A stretch of DNA of 64,000 bases. Origin: Acidobacteriota bacterium. GTDB taxonomy: Bacteria > Acidobacteriota > Polarisedimenticolia > Gp22-AA2. Shown here piece by piece: positions 36,246 through 45,378 of the stretch; within the stretch, counting starts at the first letter, position 1; each line of letters opens with the position of its first letter. Position numbers and translations under genes: made by a program. The notes beneath the pieces were generated by a model. The model was not told where the DNA came from. It saw only the letters and a list, made by a program, of their open reading frames with translations, and searched no databases. The stretch covers positions 1,895-65,894 of the forward strand of contig JAGYID010000014.1 in the NCBI GenBank assembly GCA_018606725.1, in the 5' to 3' direction.

Positions 36246-36554
36246 CTACTTCTTCACGCCGATCTTGGGGTCGAGGAGCCACCCTGAGTCCGTGTGATGG
36301 ATGCTGTACTTGAAATCCAGCGTCTGCCCGGGATCCTCGGGGGGAATCACGTCGGTCCGGACGGTGCTCGACGTGGCGAACTTCCCTGCCGGGACCTCGA
36401 AGCTCGACTTGTCGAAGGGGCCACCTCCGGGGAAATTCACCAGGTACGCTTTCTCGTCCTTCGAGATCCAACAAACCTTATCGTTGCCATTCTTGGACAG
36501 ATCGACATCGATCACGTTCTGCCCGGTTCTGAGCTCAACATCGATCGTGCTCAT
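36246..36554 (-). CDS. Hypothetical small beta-rich protein, co-transcribed downstream of the Ser/Thr kinase.
   Basis: Strong GAGGAGGAGAGA RBS, locally lower GC, protein-like composition, no recognisable family. Confidence 0.5.
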   Translation of the reverse strand: MSTIDVELRTGQNVIDVDLSKNGNDKVCWISKDEKAYLVNFPGGGPFDKSSFEVPAGKFATSSTVRTDVIPPEDPGQTLDFKYSIHHTDSGWLLDPKIGVKK

Positions 36555-36572
36555 TCTCTCCTCCTCTCTCGA

Positions 36573-39176
36573 TCACCGCCGCGCGCCCGGCGTTCCGAGC
36601 AGCGCGACGAATTCGGGCTTGTTGCGCAGGGATTGAAAGACCGGCAAGTTGCCCAGCGAGGCCGCCGGGTAGCCGGCCCGGACAGCCTCCCCGAGCCAGT
36701 GCAGGGCTTCCACTGTGTGGCCGAGCTGGGCGTAGGTCGTCGCCACCGCGAGGCGCTCCTCGGCGCCGGCCTTGCCTGACTCGAGGACCCGGCGCACGAG
36801 CGCCAGGGACTCCGCCTCCTTTCCGAGCGCGGCGTGGTACTTCGCGAGCTCCGCCGCCACCGCAATGTCCTTGGGGTTGACCTCGAGCTCGCGCCGGGCC
36901 AACTCGACGGCCTGGCGAAAGGCCGGCGCCGCCTCCGATCGTTTCCCCGGAGCCCAGTACAGCGCCTCGCCCAAGTTGCCCCAGATGGTGTACTCAGCGT
37001 GACCCGAGCGGATCGCCTCGCGGTAGATCTCCGCCGCGCGGTCGTAGTGTCCCAGCATGAAGTGGGCCGCACCGAGGTTCATGAAGCCGGTGGGGGCCGG
37101 CTCCAGCTCGATCGAGCGCTCGAGGATCGGAATTGCCTCCTTGAACAATCCCTGCATGAGATAGGTCGCTCCCAGATTGTGGAAGCCCCGGTGGCTGTCG
37201 GGGGCCAGCGCGACGACCTGTCGGAACATGTCCTGCGCCTCGGCGTACCGCGCCAGGTCGAAATAGAAGGTCCCTAGCCAGTTGTAACCGACCCACGAGC
37301 TGGGACGCAGCGCGATCGCCTGCCGGTAGGTCGCTTCGGCATTGTCGGTCCGCCCCAGCCGCTCATAGGCGCGGGCCTGCCACAACAGCGCCTCCTCGTC
37401 GCCCGGGTCCAGCGCCGCGACCTTCTCGAACTCGGCGGCGGCTTCCGCGTAGCGGCCGGTTCCCTCGAAGACCATCCCGAGACACAGCCGCCCTTCGGGG
37501 GCCCTCGCGTCCAGCCGGATCGCCTCCCGGCAGGAGGCCCGCGATTTCTCCAGCCAGGCGGGCTCCCGGGTCAGATCGAACTTGTACCAGCAGGCCATTC
37601 CGAGACCGGCGTGCGCCGGCGCGTACCCGGGGTCGATCAGGAGCGACCGCTGGAACACCGTCACCGCGCTGTCGACGCTCTGCGGCCGGTCGTAGCTCCG
37701 CAGATAGCCGCGTCCCTGGAGGTAGTAATCGTAGGCGTCCGCCACCGCCGGGCCGCGCAGCCGCGGCGATTCTCCGTCGCTGGGGGGCGGCCCCACCTCA
37801 AGCATCCTGACGGCCGCCTCGACGATGCGATCCTCGAGCACGAACGGCTCCCGCAGTGTGCCCTCGACTGTCTCGGCCTGCAACTGCCGGCGCTCCCGGA
37901 CATCCACCAGATTAACGCTGGTGCGCACCGAGTCGCCGAAACGTTGCAGTTGACCGGTGAGCAGCAGATCGACGCCGAGCTCGAGACCCGCCTTCTGCAC
38001 GCTGGCGTCGTCGACCCGCCGGACCTCGCTGGCGGGGGCCACGTGGAGCGCTCGTCGGTCGGCGATGCGGGTCAAACGCACGGTGAGCACTTCGGTCAGC
38101 CCGTCGCTGAAGGCCCTGGTACGGGCTTCGTCGTCCGTCGCATCGAAGCGCAGCACCGCCAGCCTTCGTGGCCGGCTCGCCGGCCCCGCCGCGGGTCGCA
38201 ACAGATCGGGATTGATCCACAGGATGACGCCGGCGGCTGCCAACATCAGCCCCGCTGCCAGAGCCGTTGCCAGTACCGCGGCCCGGTGGCGCCCGGCGGC
38301 GGGCCCCGCCGGCGCGCGGCGCGCTCCGGCAGCCTCCGCCGGGAGGCCCCTCGCGACGTGGAGGTCAGCCACGAGATCGCCGGCGCCGGGATGCCGCATG
38401 GCCGGTTCCTTCGCCAGCATCCGATGGACGACCCGCTCGACCTCCGCGGGGATGTCCGCGTTCACGGCGCGGAGCGGGGGCGGAACCTCGTGCAGCACGC
38501 GGGCGACCGTCTCGCCGATCGAGGCGCCGAGAAACGGATGCCGACCGGCGAGCCCCTCATAGCAGACCACCCCGAGGGAGAAGATGTCGGCACGTCCATC
38601 GACCGGACGGTTCAGCAGGATCTCGGGCGCGATGTAGCCGGGCGTCCCGGCCGCGATCTCCGCTTCGGTCGTGCGGGTGGTGATCGAGGCGACATCCTCG
38701 GTCGCCAGCCGGAGCCGCCGGGCCACCCCGAAATCGAGCAGCTTGGCCCGCCCATCGGTCGTGAGCATGATGTTCTCGGGCTTGATGTCGAGGTGAACCA
38801 CCCCCTTCCGGTGGGCGGCCTCGAGCGCCTCGCCGCACTGCTCCGTGACCCGCAGCACCGTGTCTCGATCAAGCCCTTCCCGAAGGTGGGCCCGCAGCGT
38901 ACGACCCTCCACGAACTCCATGACCAGGAAGTCGATCCCGGCCTGGGTGTCGAAATCGTAAATCGCTTCGATGTTCGGGTGATTGAGGCGGGAGAGGAGA
39001 CGCGCCTCCGTCTGGAAATTCCGGCGCGCGGCCTCACCGGCGAGGGCGCCCTCGGGCAGGATCTTCAGCGCGACATCGCGGTCGAGACGCTCGTCGCGGG
39101 CGCGATACACGACCGCCATTCCACCGGCACCCAGCTTCTCGAGGATGTGGTAGTGCCCGAGTCTCCCGGAGATCAT
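36573..39176 (-). CDS. Serine/threonine protein kinase with a TM segment and a C-terminal TPR-repeat domain.
   Basis: Hanks-kinase motifs GAGGMAVVY, VALK, HLDIKPEN, DFG, APE. A hydrophobic segment is followed by more than 8 TPR repeats. Confidence 0.85.
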   Translation of the reverse strand: MISGRLGHYHILEKLGAGGMAVVYRARDERLDRDVALKILPEGALAGEAARRNFQTEARLLSRLNHPNIEAIYDFDTQAGIDFLVMEFVEGRTLRAHLREGLDRDTVLRVTEQCGEALEAAHRKGVVHLDIKPENIMLTTDGRAKLLDFGVARRLRLATEDVASITTRTTEAEIAAGTPGYIAPEILLNRPVDGRADIFSLGVVCYEGLAGRHPFLGASIGETVARVLHEVPPPLRAVNADIPAEVERVVHRMLAKEPAMRHPGAGDLVADLHVARGLPAEAAGARRAPAGPAAGRHRAAVLATALAAGLMLAAAGVILWINPDLLRPAAGPASRPRRLAVLRFDATDDEARTRAFSDGLTEVLTVRLTRIADRRALHVAPASEVRRVDDASVQKAGLELGVDLLLTGQLQRFGDSVRTSVNLVDVRERRQLQAETVEGTLREPFVLEDRIVEAAVRMLEVGPPPSDGESPRLRGPAVADAYDYYLQGRGYLRSYDRPQSVDSAVTVFQRSLLIDPGYAPAHAGLGMACWYKFDLTREPAWLEKSRASCREAIRLDARAPEGRLCLGMVFEGTGRYAEAAAEFEKVAALDPGDEEALLWQARAYERLGRTDNAEATYRQAIALRPSSWVGYNWLGTFYFDLARYAEAQDMFRQVVALAPDSHRGFHNLGATYLMQGLFKEAIPILERSIELEPAPTGFMNLGAAHFMLGHYDRAAEIYREAIRSGHAEYTIWGNLGEALYWAPGKRSEAAPAFRQAVELARRELEVNPKDIAVAAELAKYHAALGKEAESLALVRRVLESGKAGAEERLAVATTYAQLGHTVEALHWLGEAVRAGYPAASLGNLPVFQSLRNKPEFVALLGTPGARR

Positions 39177-39351
39177 GCCGAACCCCGGTTGGGCGGCCGT
39201 CCCAGGACGGTGCGCGCGATTGACGATGAATGTGAAGCCGTGGGCGAATTATACGCCCATGGTCCGCGAACCGGCCCCAAGGAGCCTGTCCGGGTATTCG
39301 GCCGGGCGGGCCAGACTCCCGATCCGGCGCGGATAGCGGGAGGGACCGCTC

Positions 39352-40167
39352 CTACTCCACCGCCACCGGTCGGAGCCGGATTTCGATCCTCCGGTTCTTG
39401 GCCCGTCCTTCCGGGGTGTCGTTGGGCGCCACCGGGTGGGTGTCCGCCATCGACACCGCCAGCAGCCGGTTGGCGACGATACCGGAGTCCGCGAACAGCC
39501 GTACGACGCTGGCGGCGCGCGCCCCCGCCAGCTCCCAGTTGGTCGGGTAGCGGCCCACCAGCCCGGCGCCGATCGGCTTGTTGTCGGTGTGGCCGGTGAC
39601 GACGATCTGGTAGTTCGTCTGCTTGAGCTGCTCCCCCACCCGCGTCAGGACCTCGCTGCCGCTCTTGTCCAGCGTCGCGGAGCCGGAGGCGAACAGGATC
39701 TCCTGGGCGACGTTGACGCTCAACCCGTCGCGCAGCTGCTGCACCTGGATCTGGCCCGCCTCCAGCTCCTTCTTCAGGCTGCCGACCAGGCCGTCGTAGG
39801 TCGACTTGAGACGGTTGGCCTCCCCCTCGGTCTGCTGCAGCTGCATGCCGAGCGCCCTCTCCCGCTCTTCGACCTCGGCCAGGCGCTTCTCGACGGCGGC
39901 CTTCTCGGCATCGAGGGCGCTCTTCTGCTGCGCCAGCGACTCGTTCGATTGCGCCAGCGACTGGTTCTTTTGAGTCTCGTCGCTCATCTGGCCCTGCAAC
40001 GCCTTGTACTTGCCATCGAGGGCATCGCGATCCTGCTCCAGGGTCCTGTACTTGCCGCTCGACACGCACGCGGTCGAGAGCAGCAAGCCGGCCCCGACGA
40101 CAATCGTGGCCGCCGCGATCATGGGACGCGCTGACCGACGTGATGACGCCCCTGCACTGAGGATCAT
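39352..40167 (-). CDS. OmpA/MotB-family peptidoglycan-binding protein with a long coiled-coil linker.
   Basis: N-terminal TM/lipobox (LLLSTAC), Q/E-rich coiled coil, C-terminal OmpA-like domain (VVTGHTDNKPIG...NRRIEIRL). Confidence 0.65.
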   Translation of the reverse strand: MILSAGASSRRSARPMIAAATIVVGAGLLLSTACVSSGKYRTLEQDRDALDGKYKALQGQMSDETQKNQSLAQSNESLAQQKSALDAEKAAVEKRLAEVEERERALGMQLQQTEGEANRLKSTYDGLVGSLKKELEAGQIQVQQLRDGLSVNVAQEILFASGSATLDKSGSEVLTRVGEQLKQTNYQIVVTGHTDNKPIGAGLVGRYPTNWELAGARAASVVRLFADSGIVANRLLAVSMADTHPVAPNDTPEGRAKNRRIEIRLRPVAVE

Positions 40168-40266
40168 GTCGACCTCCCTCTTTTGGTGGTCCGACCCGTG
40201 TCGAGGCACGCGCCGGCGATTCGAAGCGCGGCAAGTCTATCAGAGGGGTGCTATCCTCGCTGCCCG

Positions 40267-42153
40267 ATGATTTCTGCGCTCAGCCACGCCGGCAGCGTCG
40301 CTCTTCTCGCGCTTCTGTTCCATGCCACCGGATCGCTCATCGAGCGGGTCGCACCGTGGGGGGAGCTTCGCACCCTCGACCGCGGCCTGGTTCGGATCAC
40401 CGTCGGCCTCGTCGGCTGGATAGCGGCTCTGTTCGTTCTGGCGTGCGCGGGCGGGCTGCGCCGCGCGGTGGTCCTGCCGCTCGTCGCCGCCGTCATCCTC
40501 GTCGCCGCCCCGCGCCTGATCCGGGGCGGACGGGACATCCTGGCGCGCCCGGGAGGAGAACCGGCGGAGGATCCGTCATCGCCATGGCGACGGGTGGGCG
40601 CGCATCTCCTGCCCCTCGCCGTGCCGGCCGCGGTGCTGGTCGGTGTCTGGGTCTTCGCGCTGACTCCGGGGATCGGCTGGGACGACGACACCTATCACCT
40701 CACCCTCCCCAAGCTCTATGTCGCCCACGGCGGTTTCGTGCGGGTGCCCTTCTCCGTTTACTCGCACTGGCCGCATGCCGTCGAGCTGCTGAACGCGCTC
40801 GCGCTGATCGTCCACGACTATCTGACCGCAAAGCTGCTGCAGGTCCTCTTCCTCGGTCTGCTGCTCCTCGCCGTTTACCGGGTCGCGCGGCGGCGTGCCT
40901 CGCGCCTCGCCGGGTTCCTGGCGGTGCCGTTGGTCCTCGGCAACCAGGTCCTGCTCAACCAGGCGCCGGTCGCCTACGTCGATGTCGCCTTCGCGTTCTT
41001 CTTCTTCATGGCGATTGCGCTGGCGTGGGAGCACCTCGATTCCGCGCGCCTGGCGCCGCTGGTCCTGTCGGGGCTCTGCTGCGGCGCCATGGCGGGCTGC
41101 AAACTCTCGGGCCTCGTCGGTCTCGCCTGCGTCCTGGCCCTCGTCGTGGCGGCGCGCCCGGCGTCCGCCGTCGCGCGCCCCGCCCCGCCCCGGCCTGGTC
41201 GCGTCATCGGCGGCCTGGTGTTGCCGGCGCTCATCCTCGCCGTTCCCTGGTATGTGAAGAGCTGGATCGAAACGGGTGACCCGTTCTATCCGCTGCTGTA
41301 TCGATACCTGGGCGGGGTGGAATGGAGCGCCGATCTGGGCCGGCAGTTTCTGGAATGGCAGCGGTCGATCGGCATGGGCCGATCGGCGGCCGATTATCTG
41401 GCGCTGCCGCTCCGGGTGATCCTGTCCGGAGGACCCGGCTACGCCCGCTTCGACGGCGGCATCGGCGCCCTCTGGATCATCCTCGTTCCCCTGGCTGCGG
41501 CGGCGAGCCTGCGGGTGCCGATCATCCGGCGGGCCCTCCTGCCGGCGGCGGTCTATTTCGCGGCGTGGGCGCTCACCTCGCAGCAGATGCGCTTCCTGAT
41601 CCCGGTGCTGCCGCTGCTGGCTTTCTCGGCGGGCGCGGCGATCGAAGCGCTGCTCGGGAGGCTGGGGCAGCCCGCGCGTCGCGTCGCGGGCGGCATCCTG
41701 GTCTCGGGCGTCTGTCTTTCGCTGCTGGTGCAGGCGTGGCCGCTGCTCGCGGAGGCCCGGTTCATCGGAGCCGCGATCCTTCAGGGCGGCCCCGAGCGGC
41801 TCGGCTCGCCGATCCCGCCCGGATACGCATTCCTCAACGCCCAGGCGCCGGGCGACGCCAAGGTCATGCTGCTCAACACCAACTTCGGTTTCTTCCTCGA
41901 GCGCGCCTACATCGCCGACAGCTTCTTCGAGGCATCGCAGATGAACGCGCTGCTGCTCGACGCCGGCACCGCGACCGGGATCCGGGAGCTCATGGCCAGG
42001 CTCGGCATCACCCACGTCTACGTCGCGAACCGGGACTGGGGCATTCCCTATCCGCCGGCCTTGTGGGAGTTCCTGGGGAATGCCGGAAACGCCGAGCTCG
42101 TCTACGCCTGCCCCGGCGAGCAATGCTTCATCTTCCGGCTGCGCGGCTGGTCA
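40267..42153 (+). CDS. GT39/ArnT-like membrane glycosyltransferase (lipid-carrier-dependent). The 3' end is undefined because no in-frame stop codon occurs before 44580.
   Basis: More than 10 TM helices with GT-C-type loops. Protein-like sequence ends near 42.15 kb, where the convergent regulator gene ends. Beyond that point the ORF is antisense to that gene. Confidence 0.5.
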
Positions 42154-45100
42154 AATCCGGCTTACGTCGACGACCTGGGGAGCGGAGAGGAAGGCGCGCT
42201 GCAGCGCCGGGAAGGCGGCGAGAGAATCGGCGAGGCGCGCGACGGTTCGCGCGCCGCGTGCCTGGTAGGCGACGGCATCCGCCTCCTGGCCACCTCTACG
42301 ATGCAGCTGCGCGGCGGTCGCGCACACCTGCCACTCCGCCATCGGCGCCTCGAACCCGTGGAGCGCCGCCGCGGCGGCGGTGATCTCCTCGAGCGCCCGC
42401 GGCAGGGATCCCTCTTCCTCGTGAATGCGCGCGAGCATTCGCCGCGCCAGGCTCAGGTAGGTGCGCTCTCCCGACTGCGCGGCCTGGGCGCGGACCCGCT
42501 CCGCCTCCTCCCGCGCCCGGGCCCGGTCGCCCCGGGACAGTTCGAGCTCGCTCAGGCACAGCCCCAGCGGCATCTGCCAGTTCCAGTCCATCAGGGCGCG
42601 GCTGCGCGCCTGCGGCCCGGCGATCTCGGCGAGACAGTGCCGGGCCCGGTCGTGGCGCTCGAGGCCGAGATACGCGAAGGAGAGCAGCACCTGGCTGAGC
42701 AGCTCGCTGTGGGCATGGTCCGCCTCGCGGGCCCGCTTCAGCCCCCGCTCGCAGAGCTGCCGCGCGGCGTCGAAGTGGAAGGCTTTCTCGTACAGCAGGG
42801 CCTCCTCGAGGTGGAGCAGGGTCGCCCACGGCTGATGACCGTTGCTCTCCGCCATCCGGATCCCCTTCTGGAGGACATCGAGCATGTCGCCCCACTGCCC
42901 GAGATGCAGCAGGCCCCAGGCCAGGAAGAAGTGGCAGAGCAGATAGTCGAACCCATCGCCGACTTCGAGCGCCAGGTCCATCGCCTCGCGCGCCGCCTCG
43001 CAACCGGCGCGATATTCCGATCGCAGGCAGCGGAAATAGGAGGCGCGGGCGACGTGCTGGCCCAGCAGCAGCCGGTCCCCCGCCCGGCGCGCCGCGTCGA
43101 TCGCCGCGCCCGGCGCGCCGCGATCCTCCTCCCGGGGGCCGCGCAGCAGGAGATTCCAGTACGCCGCGTAGCCCCGGGCGTGGGAGCGCAGCAGATCGTC
43201 GTCGAGACGCCCGGCCAGATCGATGGCCCGCTCGGCGGCCGCCTCGAAGCGGGGTCGATCGAACCAGGACAGGGCGCTGCCGAGATAAAACAGTCCCCTG
43301 GCCTCGGCATCCGGCCGTCCCTGTTCCCGCGCCAGCTCCACGAGCGCCGCGAAATCCTCGGCCGCTCCCTGCATGTCCCCCATCGAGCGACGCACCATGC
43401 CGACCTGCTCGAGGATCGCCGTCTGCAGACCGGCTCGTTCGGCGCCGCCCAGACGATTGACCAGTTCGTGGGCGCGGATCAGATGACCGACCGCCTCGCG
43501 GTTGGCGTACCGCCGGGCAGCGTTGTCGGCCGCGCTCCTCAGGTATTGGATGGTGCTGCGATAGTCGTGCGCCCGCTCGAAGTGAACCGCCAGCTCCGCG
43601 GCGATCTCCCCGGCGCGCTCGCCGTAGACCGCGATGCCGCGCTCGGCGACCCGCTGATGCAGGCGGAGCCGCCGCGCCGGCGGGATGCGGTGATACAGGA
43701 CGTCCTGGTAGAGGGGGTGGATGAAACCATAGCGGGCCGCAACCGTTCCGTCCGGCAGCCTGCCGACGCCGGTCGGGCGCAGGAACTGTCCGCGGCGCGA
43801 CAGGCCTTCGCAGACCTCTTCGGTCGCCGGCAGGGCGGTCTCCTGGCCGGCCGCAACCGCCAGCGCGGAAAACTCCAGCCCGGCCACGCTGGCCGCCTCC
43901 AGAAGCGCCTGCTCGCCCGACGGCAGACGATCGATCTGCATGTCGATCATCTGTCGCAGACTCTCGGGCACGACCGTGTCCACCTCCCGGAGGACTTCCC
44001 GCGGATCGGCGGCCCCCGCAGGGTCGCCGATGAGGCTCTTCGCCGCGAGGTAATCGATGACGTTCACCATGAACAGCGGATTGCCGTCGGTACGCCGGTG
44101 AATCGCCCGCGCCAGCCCACCCGGCAGCTTCGCCCCGGGGAACCGCAACGCCACGTATTCGGCGACCGCGTCCTCGCGCAGGTAGTCCAGCCTCAGCTCG
44201 TGGCATCGCCGGCGCATCAACAGCTCCTGGCGCACCGCTTCGAGAGGATGATGACCGAGCAGGACCTCCGAGGGGCGATAGGTGCCGATCAGCATCAGAC
44301 GGGACGGCTCGCGGCGGCGCGCCAGCGACGAGATCAGATCGAGGGTGGAATAGTCGGACCAGTGCAGGTCCTCCAGCACCAGGATCAGGGGCGCCTCCGC
44401 CGACAGCGCCTCCATCGCCTCCGCCATCTCCCTCAGCATTCTCTCCTTGGTCGCGCCGATGATCTCGCGGCGCAGCCAGTGCCGGTCGTCCTCCCTGATG
44501 AGGGCCGGCAGCTGGATCAACCAGGTCGGGGCGTCGCGGCGCAGCACGGTCGCGACCTCCGCACCGGCAGGCTGGCGTGACAGACGGCCAAGCGCCTCCA
44601 GGACCGGCAGGTAGGCCTCGCCGGCGCCGTACTGCTCACGGCACGTTCCACGGGCGACGCGCAGGAGAGGGGCGCCGGTCGCCCGCTCCAGGAACGCCTC
44701 GACCACGGCGGTCTTGCCGATGCCGGCCTCGCCGGTCACGAAGACCGCCTGTCGCTCCCCGAGGAGCGCCCTGTCGAGCCAGCCCCGCAGCCGCTCGATT
44801 TCCTCGTCCCGGCCGACCACCCCGGCCCCTGGCGCGCCGGGGTCGCGACCGCCGCCGACGCCGATCCGGCCGATAAAGCGATAGCCGCGCCGTTGCAGCG
44901 TCTCGATGTAGCGCGGCGTCGCGGCCGAATCGCCCAGCGCTCCCCGGATCTCCCGGATGCAGACCTTGAGGACCGAGTCCTGCACGTGCGTCCCTGCCCA
45001 AAGCGCCTCCAGGAGTTCCGCCTTGGTCACCAGCCGGCCGGCGCGGGTGAGCAGGAAGTGCAGGACCGCGAAGGCCTTCGGGGTCAGCCGGACCGGCCGG

Positions 45101-45174
45101 CCGCCCCGCAGCAGGCGCTGGGTGGCGGGATCGAGACAGAACGGGTGAAAGACGACCTGGGAATCGCGGGTCAA
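42151..45174 (-). CDS. SARP/AfsR-like transcriptional regulator: OmpR-type winged-helix DNA-binding domain, AAA/NB-ARC ATPase and TPR domain.
   Basis: N-terminal trans_reg_C-like LTPKAFAVLHFL...RRGYRF, Walker A GEAGIGKT, long C-terminal TPR/helical repeats. Confidence 0.75.
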   Translation of the reverse strand: MTRDSQVVFHPFCLDPATQRLLRGGRPVRLTPKAFAVLHFLLTRAGRLVTKAELLEALWAGTHVQDSVLKVCIREIRGALGDSAATPRYIETLQRRGYRFIGRIGVGGGRDPGAPGAGVVGRDEEIERLRGWLDRALLGERQAVFVTGEAGIGKTAVVEAFLERATGAPLLRVARGTCREQYGAGEAYLPVLEALGRLSRQPAGAEVATVLRRDAPTWLIQLPALIREDDRHWLRREIIGATKERMLREMAEAMEALSAEAPLILVLEDLHWSDYSTLDLISSLARRREPSRLMLIGTYRPSEVLLGHHPLEAVRQELLMRRRCHELRLDYLREDAVAEYVALRFPGAKLPGGLARAIHRRTDGNPLFMVNVIDYLAAKSLIGDPAGAADPREVLREVDTVVPESLRQMIDMQIDRLPSGEQALLEAASVAGLEFSALAVAAGQETALPATEEVCEGLSRRGQFLRPTGVGRLPDGTVAARYGFIHPLYQDVLYHRIPPARRLRLHQRVAERGIAVYGERAGEIAAELAVHFERAHDYRSTIQYLRSAADNAARRYANREAVGHLIRAHELVNRLGGAERAGLQTAILEQVGMVRRSMGDMQGAAEDFAALVELAREQGRPDAEARGLFYLGSALSWFDRPRFEAAAERAIDLAGRLDDDLLRSHARGYAAYWNLLLRGPREEDRGAPGAAIDAARRAGDRLLLGQHVARASYFRCLRSEYRAGCEAAREAMDLALEVGDGFDYLLCHFFLAWGLLHLGQWGDMLDVLQKGIRMAESNGHQPWATLLHLEEALLYEKAFHFDAARQLCERGLKRAREADHAHSELLSQVLLSFAYLGLERHDRARHCLAEIAGPQARSRALMDWNWQMPLGLCLSELELSRGDRARAREEAERVRAQAAQSGERTYLSLARRMLARIHEEEGSLPRALEEITAAAAALHGFEAPMAEWQVCATAAQLHRRGGQEADAVAYQARGARTVARLADSLAAFPALQRAFLSAPQVVDVSRI

Positions 45175-45378
45175 CGCACACTCCCCCGTGAGGCCTTGCG
45201 GGCACGTCGAATTTACCGTTCGCTTACCGAAAGATTACCACCTTCGCGCTTCCACCCGCCGCGATTGCTCGTAGATTTCCGCGGTCAGCTCGGCGCGATC
45301 AGGCCCTCACCGATGGACGTCGGGACGTGGGCGGGTCCGCTTTGATCCCCTGAGGAGGGGGAAGGCGGAGGGAGAACC

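Noticed and set aside
42296-44580. The 3' 2.4 kb of the 1465-aa ORF 40183..44580, and ORF 42296..44206 on the minus strand in a different frame from the regulator.
   Set aside because: This region is the coding strand of the SARP-like regulator (42151..45174). The other frames are low-complexity. The missing stop is reported as a finding, but the extension itself is not considered real protein.
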